The notes: generated from the letters alone by a model not told the origin. Numbered from the stretch's first letter, positions 37,201 through 51,673 are shown. The stretch is 64,000 nt of DNA from Marsupella aquatica (GCA_973895155.1 OZ316895.1:17625437-17689436); one strand, 5' to 3'. A program made the numbers and translations.

Positions 37201-40200
37201 GGAATTGTCGAGTAAAGGTTCCTTTTGCATCTGCTAACGCGGCATCAAGCTCGCATGAGGTAGATTTACTCGATGATGATGACATATTGTGATGTCAAGG
37301 TTATGCTCTCAACGTAGTGTCAAATCCAGGTAGTGATGACTGGATTCTAGATAGTGCATGTACTTTTCACATTTGCTATATGAGAGAATTTTTCAATTCT
37401 TACACGGATTCCAACGGTTCAGTGTTGATGGGAAATGGAATCCCATGTCAAGTGGTTGGACTTGGATCTATTAGATTTCATATGTTTGATGGTGTTGTAA
37501 GAACGTTGAGGAATGTGAGACATATTCCCAGCATGATAAAAAATCTCATTTCACTTGGAGTTTTAGAAGCAAATGGCCATCAGTGGAGTTCTGCTAATGG
37601 TGTCCTTCAGGTTTCAACTGGTACTAAAGTTGTATTGAAGGGAAAGAGACATTGCAATCTATACGTTTTGGAGGGCAGAGTAGTCAGTGATGAAGCCAAT
37701 GTAATCTTATCTCATGAGGAGACGGCCCGGCTGTGGCACTTCCGCTTGGGCCACATGAGTGAAAAAACTCTGGCTATTCTTTAGAAGAAATGATTACTTT
37801 CTAATTTGCAATCTTGTAAGTTGGAATTCTGTGAGCATTGTGTGCTTGGGAAGCAGCACGGAAACCCTTCGGAGTTGGAACTCACACCAGCAAGGAGGTA
37901 CTTGAGTATGTACATAGTGATGTGTGGGGTCCAGCCCCTACTCCCTCACATTCTGGACGGTTATACTATGTCACGTTCATAGACGATTACTCAAGGTATG
38001 TGTGGATATACTTTCTACATAGTAAGTTTGATGTTTTTGCCACTTTTAAGGAGTGGAAAGCCCAAGTTGAGAATCAGACTGGTAATAAGATGAGATATCT
38101 TTGATTGGATAACGGCGGTGAATACAGTTCCAAGGAATTTGGAACGTATTGTAAGGAGCAGGGATAACCCGCCATCTCACAACAAGTTATACTTCTCAAC
38201 AGAATGGTATTTTTGAGAGACTCAACTGAACACTATTGGACCGCTTGAGGAGTATGTTGAGTCAATCATGCTTACCACATGAGTTTTGAACTGAAGTTGT
38301 TAACACTGTAGCTTATTTGATAAATTTTTTTCTATCCAGTTCTATTGGATTCAAGACGCCATTTGAAATGAGGTACGGGCGTCCAACAGATTATTCACAT
38401 CTAAGGATTTTTGGATGTGATGCTTATGTGCTTACACCTTCCCAGCTTCTATCCAAGCTGGAGTCCAAGTCAAAGAAGTGCATTTTCCTTGGCTATCAAA
38501 AAGGTGTAAAGGGTTATAAGTTATGGGATCCAGTCACCTGTAAACTAATTGTCAGTAGAGATATGTCCTTTAATGAGTCCAAATCATCAAAGGAGGGGGA
38601 GAGTTCTCAGGACTCCCATACTGACAAGGGGAAATCTCCCATACCGGACCGGGTTGAGGGGGAGATTAGTCATGATGCTGTTCATGACAAGAGAGATGAA
38701 GAAGCTCCGAGCTTGGAGCTGGTTCCTGTGATAGAACAAGAGGAGCAGGTTGTTGTTGGGGTACCTCAAATTCAGCCAACAGCAGCACCAGATCAGCCTG
38801 AATCATCCACTATAAAAACTTCCAGTCGTTCTACTAGAGCTCTTACCAGGTATGGTCAATGGGCAGACTCATCTAAGCTAGATGATATTGACATTGCATC
38901 TGATGATGATGATATGACTTTGATCTTGGAAGAAGGAGAGCCTTCTTCGTATAGTGAGGCTTGTGCTTCAGAGCAGAAGCATGAGTGAAATGCAACAATG
39001 CAGAGGGAGTTGCAATCTTTGAGTGACAACAAGACATTCGAACTGGTGGAGCTTCCAAGAGGTCAGGAAGTGGTGGACAGCAAGTGGATTTACAAGTTGA
39101 AGGACAGTCCTTCAGAGGGTGGAGATAAGATCTACAAGGCAAGGTTTGTTGCCAAGGGGTTCACTCAGGAGAAAGGAGTGGACTACAATGAGGTCTTTTC
39201 ACCGGTGGCTAAGTATTCCACAATTCGGATCTTGTGTCAGCTTGTTGTGTTTTTTGGTCTGGTGATGGATCAGATGGATGTTGTTACTGCTTTTCTCTAT
39301 GGCAACTTGGAAGAGATGATCTTCATGAGACAACCACTAGGCTTTATGAAGAAGGGCCAAAAGAACTTAGTTTGCAGATTGCTCAAGTCCTTGTATGGAT
39401 TGAAGCAATCTCCTAGACAATGGAACAAGCGGTTTGATGATTGCATGCTTGCTCAAGGTTTTACAAGGATGGTGTATGATCCTTGTGTATATACAAAATC
39501 ATTCAAGAATGATGTGTTTGGTTTCATCATTCTGGTTATCTGTGTGGATGACATGTTGATTGTGGCTAAATATCAATCTGAGGTTGACAGTCTCAAGGCA
39601 AAATTGAGTTCTGAAATCAGGATGAAGGATCTTGGTAAGGCCAAAAGGATCTTAGGGATGGAGATTTTTTTAGGAACTCTGATATTGGACAGTTGTGCTT
39701 GAGTCAAGGCCAGTATGCGAGGAAAGTACTTGCACGATTCAACATGGAAAACTGTAAGCCAGTGAGTATTCCTTTAGCTTCACATTTCAAGTTATCATCG
39801 GCTTTCTCTCCTACGGATGCTGTGGAGAAAGGTCTGATGCCTAAGATTCCTTATGAGAAGGCAGTAGGCAGTCTGATATATTTGATGACTTGTACTAGGC
39901 CTGGCTTGACCCTAGCGATGGGCAAGGTTAGCAGGTTCATGTCAAATCCAGGGAAGGTACATTGGGAAGCTGTGAAGTGGATTCTCAGGTATCTGAAAGG
40001 CACACAAGACTATGAATTACTATTTGATAACAGATTAGATAGAACATTGGTTGGCTATGTAGATTCTGACTATGGAGGTTGTCTGGATACAAGGAGGTCT
40101 ACAATTGGGTTTGTATATACTCTTGGAGGAGGATGTATCAGTTGGAAATCTATCTTGCAGAAGTGTATATCTCAGTCTACTACAGAAGCAGAGTATGTTG

Positions 40201-41051
40201 TAGCAGTAGAAGCAGCAAAGGAAGCAATTTGGTTGGATAAGTTGATCGCAAAGATGGGTCTAGAGCATGGCAAAATATCTCTAAACTATGATAGTCATAG
40301 TGCTCTTCACTTGGCTGCTAACCAGGTGATGGATAGCAGGGTGAAGCACATTGATATCAGGTACCATTTTATCAGGCAAGCAGTGTCTGATAAAACTTTT
40401 GAGCTAGTCAAGATTGATAGAAAGCTCAATCCTGCTGATGCCTTTACCAAAGTGATTCCTTTGGAGAGTTTTTCAAGACATCGTGCTACTTTGCAGGTTT
40501 TGCAATTGTAGTACAAGTAGAGTTATTTAGCAATGTGTGACTATTTGTATATGGATTATTCATTCCTGTTTGGCTACGGCTTAGTTCTAGTTAACCCTTG
40601 TGGTTTTTAGGGGGAGACCTCATTTGGTGATTGTCTAGAACTTCCCGCTGATGATTCCATATGGTAGCATTTAGTCCAGTCCCCAAGACAAGACTCAAGG
40701 GGGAGTTTGTTAGATATTGCTCTAGTCTTGTGACTCATGAGCTAACCATAGTTTGTCTAACTTGGGTTAGGACTTAGCTAATGTTAGCGGTAGTGCTGTT
40801 GTGCATATAGCCAGGGCTGATGCCAGACCCTGGTGGAACTTAGGCTCATTGTTACGGAGCTAGTTGAAAGATAGGGAGAGCTTGTGCTGTGGATGCTTGG
40901 TATGACCAGTCGGCCTAGAGTGCAGTAAAGCTCTTGTGTGTTCCCGTGGACGTAGCCTCATGTGGAGGTGAACCACGTATCTCTCTGTGTCGACTATTGT
41001 GCGTTGGATGGTTCATGGGCTTGCCGTTACGAATGTCGTCTATGCTCAACA
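34225..41051 (+). mobile_element. Full-length decayed Ty1/copia LTR retrotransposon
   Basis: LTRs 34225-34570 and 40708-41051 (TG..CA; ~12 substitutions plus a 2-bp indel by eye). TSD ATCCC on both sides, PBS TGGTATCAGAGC (tRNA-iMet) at 34573-34584, PPT AAGGGGGAG at ~40697-40705. Confidence 0.97.
36441..40511 (+). pseudogene. Copia gag-pol (gag, protease, integrase, RT, RNase H), disrupted
   Basis: KFEVEKYDG, WILDSAC, LWHFRLGH, VHSDVWGP, KARFVAKG, YGLKQSPRQW, CVDDML, YVDSD and KHIDIRYHFIR, with many stops and frameshifts. Confidence 0.95.
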
Positions 41052-43751
41052 ATCCCCCCTGGTCAAGGGCAGGGTGTTGAGGTTCAGTTGAGATGACAAC
41101 CAGCTGCATATGAAAATTAACATGATGTTGACCATTGGATCATTCCAAAACTAACTACATAATTTGCTTAACCAACAATGGAAAAAGGTGGCAACCTTGT
41201 AATTAAACTAAAAGATGTGGAAAAAAATGCTATTTAACAGAATGATGTCCATCTTAGAACAGTAGAAAGAGAGGTGCATCCATAGACATGGAGGTGATGA
41301 TGTCAATAGTGGTAGTCCACAACTCCGCTTAAAAGCCTCCATTCTCCAAGCCATGCATTGTGCCTTCAAATGTACTATACAAATGGATCTGGACGTGTCT
41401 TTTCTGCAGCTGATGAGAATTGAGGCCCTGACTAGCTGGCTGGTTGAGCAACCACCTTTCTTCTCAAAACTGGCAGTCGAGAGTTGGGATTTGGAAGTTA
41501 AAGATTTAGAGATAAAAGTTACCAGTGGGGAGGGGAATCACCAGGATTTCTCTCCATCTGGCTCATTTGGTGGTTTAATTAGTGGGTGAAAACGGAGCAC
41601 CCAGTGGAGAAGTTCTAACTAGTGGAGATGTGAGTAGACTTATACATAAACTGGCTAAAAGCAAACTGGCTAAAAGCAAATGAGTCGTTGGCATCTCAAT
41701 TCAAGTTCAGGGTGAGTTACCTTTTGACATTGACATCAAGTAGTAGGTGTTTAATACCTGGGTGAAACTGTGCTACGGCTTCCCGGACAACGGTGCTTTC
41801 GCCTAAGTCACCCAGAGTTCACACAAACCACATTTATCAAAAATCAGTTTAAGCATGTGAGTCTTATGATGGGAAGTGTGTGAGAGCCCTTAGGTTGGTC
41901 ATGTTCACCTAGGGAAATGAACACTAGCAGGTTAGAGACAGAGCCAGGGTTTTTCGTAGTGGCGTCAACTCTCAAAACTCTTTGCCACTATTGGCACAAA
42001 TTTTCTAGGGTTGTGGGCTTCCCTAAGCCAATATTCCACCTACCGGTAGCCACAAACCCCATTAGCCCAAATCCAACGGTTATCCTTTAAATCCAAGGAA
42101 ATCTAATGGTCAGAAATTGATCTAGGAAAATCATATAACAAATATCCCTAGCTTCTTCTGCTTTGACATTCGCCACGGTGGCTGAAAGTAAAAAAAAACC
42201 TCTTTAAAACGAAGCTGGGCAGATTCTTTCGGTGTTGCAGTTGTGGTTTAAAGATCACATCTGAGAAAAAGGTTTGGGATGGAGCTCCCATCCGAGTTTG
42301 TAGCCGTAGCAGAAAAAGATATAAAAAGATTTCAAAAAGGATCCCTCCCGCGCAGAGCGGAACGTGAGAGCACACTCGTTAATACTATGTAAAGACGGCA
42401 CTCTTAACGTAACGCAACTTAACGGAACAAAACAATAAACGTGTCTTTCCTCAGCTCAATCGATTGCAAATCGATTGCGAATTGATGAGAGTCACGTCAC
42501 ACTCCTCTCCACACTCCTCTCCTCTCCTCTCCTCGTCTCGATGTCGATGAGGAAGTGGTCGCACTGCATGGCATAGCAGTCCCGACCACCCCACTGTCTC
42601 CGCCCCATTCTGATCTTTGCCATCATCCTGTGCTCCATGAAATCCCTGTCGTCCATGCTCCAATCCATCGCCTCACCCACTATTGCTAGCAACATCAGTG
42701 TGCTAGAGCAGAGCGCCCCAGTCGATGTCAATGTGATGATCCGTTCACAAGGAATGCAGTTGCCGGTAAATGTGTGAGCTAGGTAGGTACTGTAGCCTGG
42801 TCAGCAAGTCCAATCAGGGGCTTTCTCATCGCCGGCTGGCTTCGTTTCATCCGTCTTCGGGTGCGTGCCACACTGACCAACTTGGGGACAGTACCGAACT
42901 CGTGGTATGGTGAGGTATTTGTAGAGATTTGCTATGAGTGTTGGGGTTGTCAAGGACTGTGCGGGCGCTGGATGAGCCTTGTTGCATATTGCTTTGCTTC
43001 CGTGTGGTTCGTTGTGGTTGCCGAAACTGTTTGTTGCCGACGAAGACGTTGCTGTGGACCCGCATGCCGTACGCTGCTTGCTGCAAGTAATTTCTTCAAA
43101 GCGCTTTGAGCTCCTCTCGGTTGTTTTCGTTGCTTTGATATCTTCTCGTTGGAATTGTCCGGCCTCCGGTGCCGTACAATTCCGGTGGCTCGATGTTGTC
43201 GATTTTTCCTTGAAACACTCTTTGCTCCTGCTTATGAAATTCCCTTGTTGCTTACTCGCTCGCAATTTTCGAAGAATCCTTGGTCTTCAATTGTTTCGAC
43301 CTACCAAGCAATTCAGTTGGCCTCACTAATTGGAGGAGGCAGCAGCGGTTGAAAGGAAATTGTATGGTAGAGCATGTTGGTCTGCATTGCATCTTTGAGT
43401 GAAGTCAGGAAATTCAAGACGGCGATTGAGGTAGAGGGCCTTTTTATCCTCTATTCCCCTGGAACTCCGAAAGCAGCCTTGACAACAGTAGAGAGTACTT
43501 GAATCTCTACTGACATAGTCGAAACTTGAGAGGGAGGAAAATTTCTTGGAGAAGGGGCTAGCGACGACATGATGAATGTCACAGAAGACCAAACGTGGTG
43601 AGGCAGAGGACCGAAGCAGGGGCAATTCCCCGTCATCTCGCCAAACTGCATACATGCAATTCAATTGGCTAAGCGCTGCTCAATACCCGAGCGTGCTAAA
43701 CTCCGCCGCAGACATTTGAGGAGTGAACATTTGGCACCGATTTTCGGTATA

Positions 43752-44288
43752 ATGGAGTCATTTGTCATTGGAGGAATTACAACGGTGCTTGGATATTTGT
43801 ATCCTGCATATGAATGCTACAAGTGTGTGGAAAAGAAACGGCCTGATGGACAGCATCTCCGCTTTTGGTGTCAATACTGGATGATCATCGCGTTAATCAC
43901 TGTGTTAGAAAGACTGGGAGGTGCTTTCATTCCATTTATCCCAATGTACGTGGAGGCGAAGGTCGCATTCTTCTTGTATCTATGGTACTCGAAAACCAGA
44001 GGAACAACTTACATTTACCACACGTTCGTGAGACCATTTTTGGCTGATCATGAAGAAGAAATAGATCAGGCCCTTAGTGAGATCCAAACTCGCGGTGGAC
44101 ATTTCGCATTAGTCTACTGGCAGAGGATCTCCGCCTACTTACAGTCTCATTTTCTTGAGCTACTTCAACACCTTGCATCCCAACCACCCAAGCCCCCTAC
44201 TGCTCCTCAGGGGGTCTTACATCCTGGCTTTCAGGTCCAGAATAATTTGAGAGACCGCAGTCAATCCTATGCTACTTACAACAGGTAG
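43752..44288 (+). CDS. HVA22-like (TB2/DP1/REEP family) protein, intronless over the domain
   Basis: LGYLYPAYECYK..EKKRPD..LRFWCQYWMI.A..TVLER..FIPMY.EAKVAFFLYLWY.KTRGTTYIY.TF.RPFL..HE.EID. The stop overlaps a possible donor (CAG|GTAGGT at ~44285), so a further exon is possible. Confidence 0.9.
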   Translation: MESFVIGGITTVLGYLYPAYECYKCVEKKRPDGQHLRFWCQYWMIIALITVLERLGGAFIPFIPMYVEAKVAFFLYLWYSKTRGTTYIYHTFVRPFLADHEEEIDQALSEIQTRGGHFALVYWQRISAYLQSHFLELLQHLASQPPKPPTAPQGVLHPGFQVQNNLRDRSQSYATYNR

Positions 44289-46092
44289 GTCCTTGTTTAT
44301 AGTCAAACGAAAGCGCTCTTCATTATGGAAGACGGGCGGATTACTTGTCCATAGCGCGACAGGCCCACATTTAAATTCTATACCCATGTTTCCATTTAAG
44401 TCCTTGATTTTGAAGGTCCCCTTTCGAGCTGCGCAGGAAGTAGTTACAAAAAGTATACGGCATGTCATGTCATAGAGTACATATCAGGTTAGGGTAAGAT
44501 GCTGGATTCGTCCTGAAAAACTGTTACTGGGGATTGAATCAGTCTGATTGAGAGAAAAAGCCAAATTTTGCCGCTCTCGCAGACAAGGAGGTCATATGTT
44601 GTCGAAGAATTCGTCTGACTCCTTTGATGCGGGTAGAACTGTGGCACTGACTGTAGACAGCTCTATTGCGAACCCGTATGTGCCCTGTTGCTTGGACTCC
44701 AGGAACACCCTTTGGAAGGAAGAGCGTCCAATTGCAGCAGGTACTACTGTTATGTGAAACTTACAGGATTTCTATTTCAACTTTGACTCATGAAGCACTT
44801 GTCTCTGGTGCTGAATTGTGTAGGCTATAATAACCCACTTCACTGAATGTGGTTCTTTGGCTCTGTTGAAGGTTGTTGCCTTGAATGTTGAAAGATGGGC
44901 CGGTCTGACGTGTAAATCGTAGTGTTCAGGATTCGCATTTCCATGATGTCAATGGCTCTGTAAAGAGTCCATGCAATAAGCTTTTTAGAAAAATGCTTTC
45001 ATTCTTGATTTGCTATCGCTGCCAAATTATCACGAGAGGAGAAGTGTGACAATTATGTTTTCTTCCCCCTTATGTGGTCCTTTAAGCTGAAGATTTCTTG
45101 CTGAAAGCACTCGATGATAGGGAATCTGTACTTATTGGCCTCTCGATTCATTGACGTGAGTAAATTGCTCTGGAATTTTAGTCGTGTGTTCTAATTATCT
45201 GAATCATATTTCTGTGGTACGGAAAGTATTTCGTTTGTGCACTGAATGATCTGAATGTACCTATGGCTGTTCATCCATGCTAGCAGGGGTACCTGCAAGT
45301 CCAGTTTCTTAGATTGTGCATGTTGAGGTATTTGGCAACAAGGTCAACTTCTCCTTTGGAAACTTATGTTTTCTGAAGTCCATTTCTAATTCTTGACGAT
45401 CAGGCTATTAGGTGTCGATGGAGGACTGGCAAGCGCAAAACTAACATGTGCGTACTAATTGCTCATTGTTAGTATGTCGCTATTTCACCTCTTCTCGGAG
45501 TGTGACGAAATAGGGATTGCCAACTAGACCATTTCTCAGCACAGATCTAAAATCCTACTTTGTCCATCTCAGGAAACTGAACAGAAAACATCTCATGCCT
45601 GAGTGAACTGTAAATATAACTGACATGTCCAACGAGAGTGTAACTTAGAGCATGAGTCAATTCAAAATTTCCATACAAAAGGCCCAAAATGATGTGTAAC
45701 AGGGGCACAATTTTGCATTCAGAGAAGTGAGATACTGGATAAACATGCTGTGAAAGTATAAGAGATTGGAGCCATGCTCCATTACAATTACTTGCGTTTT
45801 AAAATGACACCTGGGAAGAACAAATATGTACCTAGAACCTTCAAATTCTGAACATTTCTTTGTCCAGGCTACGCTGGCGATGGATAGCTGTGGCATCCTT
45901 TCAACTAGAAGAACAAGGCCATAGAAGAACATGGCCACAATGCACAGTGCAGTATATCTGGCCCTGGTCAAATTGAAGTGCAATAGATTCTCCAAAAAAA
46001 GTTGTATGACTACCTTCTTCCCCCCAACACAGCACCTGGGCTTTTTTAGGTCTTCATGAGAAAAAGTATTTCAACCATAAGTCATTTTAACA

Positions 46093-46333
46093 TAGTGCTC
46101 GGGCATTGTGTTCTAATATTGGTGTTGTGTTCGAGTTGGACACTCTGTTCGAGATTTGACTCTAAACTGTTGTACATGGAGCACAAATAGTAAAAATTTT
46201 AAGAATCATATGATAATGTCAATATTCAAACACAATGTCAATATTTGAACACTATATTTTCAAACACAATATCCTGCAAACACAAAAAAATGAAAACACA
46301 ATCAAAATTCAAATACAATGTCCTGGGTGTACT
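46093..46333. mobile_element. Degenerate MITE-like element with TA-flanked inverted ends
   Basis: Left end TAGTGCTCGGGCATTGTGTTCTAATATTG versus the reverse complement of the right end TAGTACACCCAGGACATTGTATTTGAATTTTG. Internal TTCAAACACAAT sub-repeats. Confidence 0.4.
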
Positions 46334-46398
46334 ATTCAAATAGAGCACCCCATGGCCCACTATTTGAATACAAGGCCATGATGTTCGTTATTGGGGGA

Positions 46399-46516
46399 AA
46401 ATGTAGGTCAAGTCTACAGTTGTGCCAACATTCCCGTACATGGGGCATCTTTTCTGGGAAATGTAGGTCAAGTCTACAGTTGTGCCAACATTCCCGTACA
46501 TGGGGCATCTTTTCTG
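46399..46516. repeat. Near-exact 60-bp tandem duplication
   Basis: AAATGTAGGTCAAGTCTACAGTTGTGCCAACATTCCCGTACATGGGGCATCTTTTCTG occurs twice. Confidence 0.95.
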
Positions 46517-47079
46517 TTTCAGGCAACTGATGCCATAATGCATCTGAAAACCTGGCTTCAGCTCAAGTTTTGAGGGGTTATTATTGACCATAATGCACTG
46601 GTAACATGGAGTCAATAATTAAAAGCTTAAGATTTTATTTTTACTATTTCTAGTAAAAGGAGACGAGAAGTTTCATAATTCTACATCCAAATCTGCACTG
46701 TGCATTCACATATATAAGCACTTTGAACTACAATCGTGAAAAAAATCATACAAGGCATGAAGAATATAGTAACATCCCGTTTTGCAGGGCATTGTGAGCT
46801 GTGATGCCCAACAAAATGAGGGCATTTGCCCCAAGTTTGGAGGGGCTAATAATTGTCCATACTGGTCTGGTAACAAAACATACATCGAAAGTTTTATAAT
46901 GTGCCTATCCAAATCTGTGCATTCTTCTCTATAAATGCACTAAAAATTTCAAAGCAAAAAACCCCAAAGGGCAGTAAGTACTGACAACTCATTACGCTTA
47001 TGACAGTTTCAAGGGTGCCCTCCAATAATCAACGCCCTTACTAAAGTCCTTACAAGGAAAATCTCATTGCTGGTTTGTT

Positions 47080-50000
47080 GAAAAAGGCACAAAGAACTAG
47101 CTTTCATAACTAGAGGAAACCTCAAGAGGTATAAATTGAAGAAAGAAAATTGCTTGGTTATTGCCTGGCAGTACTACTGTATGTGTGTGAGAATAGAATG
47201 AATCATGTATAGTCTGTGGCGTTTGGTACATGTAGTGGTGCCGGTCCGGTGACTGGTTGGTCCGGTCGTCCGGTCACCAGGTAGAGTCTAACACTCCCCT
47301 TTGGATATATAGTGACAACTATATGGACAACATAGACTATACCTATTATATCATGTTCATAGGAAATACATGATATAAGTACAATCGAGGTAGACTGCCT
47401 CGTTAAAAAACCTTTATCAACTCTAGCTTAGTAAAAACTCTACCAGTGTAGCAGAGAAAATATGAGTGCTAAAGGAAAAAGAGTGCAGCCTAACAGTCCT
47501 CGTCGTAATAAATGTCAATAGTGTATAAAGTTAGATGCTATAGTAAATCTAGCTTTAACATCTGTTTCATCAGTTGGTCGTCAGCAGCATATCATAAGCA
47601 TCATGTCGTCAGCATCATCAAGTATCATGTGGAGCAGTAGTCTCCGCGGTCATCATGCGTCGCACGCTCCGCAGTCCAATCGCCTAGCAGTGTCGGTGAT
47701 GAACTGATGGCGATAGTGATTTGGTGAAGAGATCCGCACAGTTGTCTGCACTTGAAATCTGCAAAATGTTGATCTCTTTTCCATGTAATTCGTGGGTGTA
47801 GAAAACTTTGGAGCTATATGCTTCACGCGATCGCCTTTGATGAATCCTTTCGTGATCTGCTGTATACATGCTGCGTTATCCTCAAAAATGTTAGTAGGCT
47901 TCGTTAGTGGTGGTAGGCCGCATTTGGTGTTGATGTGGTTTATAAAGGATCGTAACCAAACGGCTTCACGACTAGCCTCATGTAGAGCTAAGATTTCTGA
48001 GTGATTCGATGAGGTTGCTGTTAGGGTCTGTTTCACGCTTTTCCAAGAAAAAACGGTACCCCCTATGGTAAAAACGTATCCAGTTTGGGATTTTGCGGTA
48101 TCAATGTCGGAGAGATATCCGGCATCCGCGTATCCTATGGGCTCGTGGTTTGCACCGAATGGGTAAAATAACCCGGTATCGGTGGTTCCACGTAGATATC
48201 TAAATATGTGCTTAACTCCATTCCAGTGTTTGGCTGTGGGAGTTGTACTATGTCTGGCTAGTAAGCTAACTGCAAATGCAATGTCTGGTCTGGTCTGATT
48301 TGCTAGGTACATTAATGCTCCTATCGCAGAAAGATAAGGAGTTTCTGGTCCTAATATTGGTTCATGTTCCTCGCGCTTGCAAAAAACGTCAGTATTGTTT
48401 TCTAATGAACGTACTACCATTGGTGACGTCAATGGGTGTGCTAGGTTCATATTGAACTGTTTTAGGATCTTTTCAGTTTGTGTTGTTTGATGGAGTATCA
48501 TGCCAGTAGGTAAGATCTCCAGTTGTAATCCTAAGCAAAAGTTTGTATGTCCAAGGTCTTTCATCTCAAATGTTGATTTAAGACTAGTAATAGTATCTTC
48601 GGTAATTTGGGGTGTCCCAAATATGTTTAAGTCATCAACATAGATAGAAACGATGACATATTCGTCATCCACATGTTTAATAAATAAACATGGTGTAATG
48701 GCATCATGGGAAAAACCCATGGCAATCATTTCATCGGTAAATCTTTGATACCATACTCTGCCACTTTGTTTCAGGCCATATAATGCCTTCAACACGCGGA
48801 TAGCTAGTCCGCGGCGAGTATTCCGTATGGTTGACACAGCGGTGTCCTTATTATGAGTTACATGTGTAGATGACACATGAGGTATAACTTGAGATAATTG
48901 TGTTATAATCTTATGTAAATATGGGATATGCGATTTAGCGCCTTGAGCTAAAGCTTGGCGTCGTTGCTCCAACTCAGGAGGTGATCGCATGTATAGACAA
49001 GTGTCTAAAGTGCCATATAAATATGCAATTGCAACATCCAGTTGTCGCATCTGTAGTTGATGGAAAATGGCAAATCCGATAAGATATCGGAATGTTGTGC
49101 TATCCATAACCGATGAATAGGTTTCATCGTAATGAATTCCCGGTTGTTGTGTAAATCCTTTCCCTACCAGACGTGCTTTATAGCGTACAACTTGGCCTTT
49201 ATCATTTCTTTTGCGGACAAATATCCACTTGTAGCCAATTAGGTGTACGTCTTGCGGTGTTGGCTCGACTGGGCCAAAAGTGTGTCTGCTTAGTAGGGAA
49301 TCTAATTCTCCATTTATAGCTTTTTGCCATTCAGGCCAATCTGGTCTGTTTTGGCATTCTAAGATAGATATTGGTTCGGGTGTATCGTCAGTGATATGTG
49401 TTGCCACCATTAATGCAAAAGCATCATCTATTGAAGTAGTATTTCTATCCCACATCGCACCTGTGTGTGCGTAGTGGATAGAGGTCTCTTCATGAGTTGT
49501 GGATTTGGTATGATTGACATCAGGTGAAGGTGGTATAGATGAACCACGCCTTCTTGGTTGTTTATCCTTTGATCCCAAGGGTCTGCCACGTTTGGCACGA
49601 GGCTGGGATGTATTTGCTGGCTCACTTGATAATTCGATGCGAGCAGATGCTCTCGCAGCTGGAATATGTGAGCGGCTAACTTGTGATGTATCAACGAAAG
49701 CGTCAGGAAGTTCTTCCACAATCTTGTGGAGTTGTAAAATTCGTTGAACTTCTTTCTCCCCTTGATTGGTTCGAAGGTCTTGCCAAAATGACGAATGTCT
49801 TTCCCACTCCAAAGGTGGTTGTGGGTGTTCAGGGGTTATTAATGGTGGGTAAATGTGTTCATCAAAATGGCAATCTAGAAATCTGGATTTAAAAACGTCA
49901 CCAGTTGTTGGCTCCATATATCGGATTATGGACGGAGAGTCGAATCCGATGTATATCCCCAACTATCGTTGGGGTCCCATCTTGGTTCGTTTGGGTGGAG

Positions 50001-51673
50001 TAATGGGGACCATTACTTGACATCCAAATGAACGAAGATGTGATAGGTCAGGTTTAATACCGTTAGCAATTTGGTATGGGCTATAGGTATTAAAAGCCGA
50101 TGGGCAGTATTGGATTAATGCATTAGCCTGTAATATGGCGTGTCCCCATGCTGAGACGGGGAGTTTTGACTGCATTAGTAATGGGCGTGCGATTAACTGA
50201 AGGCGTTTAATAACCGCTTTGGCTAATCCGTTCTGAAAATGCACGTGAGGTACAGGATATTGTACGTCGATGCCAAGTGATGTACAAAAGTCATCAAATG
50301 TTTCGGATGTGAATTCCCCTGCATTGTCCACCCTGAGTGTCTTAATGGGGTGATCTGGGAATTGTGCTTTCACGCGCAAGATTTGCGCCAAAATGCGAGG
50401 CATAACCATGTTCCTCGTTGAAAGCAGGGTCACATTTGACCATTTAGTGGATGCGTCGATTAATACCATAAAGTAGCGGAAAGGTCCGCTTGGTGGGTTA
50501 ATTGGCCCGCAAACATCTGCATGGATTATTTCCAAGAATTGGGGTATTTTAGTTGGCAATTTTGATGTCGTGGGCCTTGTTATTAGTTTGCCACGTGAGC
50601 ATGCAGTGCATGGGGTGCTCGCTGGAATGTGGCGTGTATTGATTGGAATGCCTCTTGAATTCTTAATGATTTTGGTTAGCATTGATTGGCCAGGGTGGCC
50701 GAGGCGTGCATGCCAAAGCGCATGCAATTCGCTTGTGTTGGCATTGTTATGCAGGCATTCAATATGAGTTACATAAAACCCGCAGGGATATGAGAAAAAT
50801 GTTTCTTTAATGATTTTCCCCGTAGGGGTATTTTCAACCAAGTGGATGACCTCTTGGTCTCTTGTATCCCCTGTTTGGACGTGTAGTCCATTTGCTCGTA
50901 TATCTCTAAAACTAAGGAGATTACGAGTTGCGTTCGGGGCGAAAATGGCAGATTCTATGTGTATTTTGGTACCTTGTGGGAGTCTAATAGAAGCTGGGCC
51001 GAAGCCCTCTTCTATTTGGCTAGGACCATTAATAGTGGTCAGGGACCTACATGAGGGTGTAATCTTGTGGAAAAGGTGCCTATCCCTGAGGATAGTATGC
51101 GTGGTCGCACTGTCGATAATACATGTGCTTGGACTATTTAAATCTGGTGTAGTGGAGCTACTTGCCACTAAGTGTGCCTCGGGTTGGACAGGTAGGTCTG
51201 AAAAGTCTTGGAATGGGTCACTAGACTCCATGAACGCCCCGTGGGTTTCACGGGGTGGTGGCCTAGAGGTTTGTCCATCCTGGATGGACCGTTGGTATAG
51301 ATCTCTAAGGTGTTGCGGGATTCTATAGTTTCTCGCTAGGTGGTTTGTCATGCCACATTCATGGCATTTCGGTCGTTCCCGTTGTTGTCAGGATTGTGAC
51401 CAATCGTTTCTATGGTTATTGTTATATGTTCTACCACCGCCGCGTCCGCCACGTCCTCCTCGTCCTCCACGTCCTTCTCGTCCACCACGTCCTCCACGTC
51501 CTCTAAAGGTCCGTTGGGAGTTATATTGTGGACGTTGGTTATAGAAACTCCCCCTGTTGTGGGTGTTTCTCCGGTTGCTATTCTTAGCGCGTTTAATGCC
51601 TTGCCTCGATGTGGAGGGTTCATCATTTTCTATGTTATGGGTTTCATTTTGTTGTCCTGATGGCATTGTGCCC
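47080..51673 (-). mobile_element. Bianca-like Ty1/copia element, 3' part, interrupted in gag by the gypsy insertion
   Basis: PPT AAAGGGGAG is followed by the 3' LTR start TGTTAG at 47293 (minus strand). The distal LTR end is uncertain (~47080-47130). Confidence 0.85.
47653..51673 (-). pseudogene. Copia (Bianca-like) gag-pol, partial
   Basis: CHECGMTNH knuckle, IIDSATTHTIL, HADVCGPI, HVHFQNGLA, IGFDSPSIIRY, YVDDL and IKGDRVKHIAPKF. In-frame stops at 51388 and 49963, and a frameshift near 47800. Confidence 0.9.

Noticed and set aside
10161-42147. Possible TIR pair GGGAAGAG..TTTCC (10161) / GGAAAATC..TATCCC (42147) of an outer DNA element
   Set aside because: Similarity is too weak and the flanks (TAA vs TAG) do not form a clean TSD.
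42451-43664. Several 70-154 aa ORFs upstream of the HVA22-like gene
   Set aside because: Overlapping, with no motifs. More likely 5' UTR or intron sequence.
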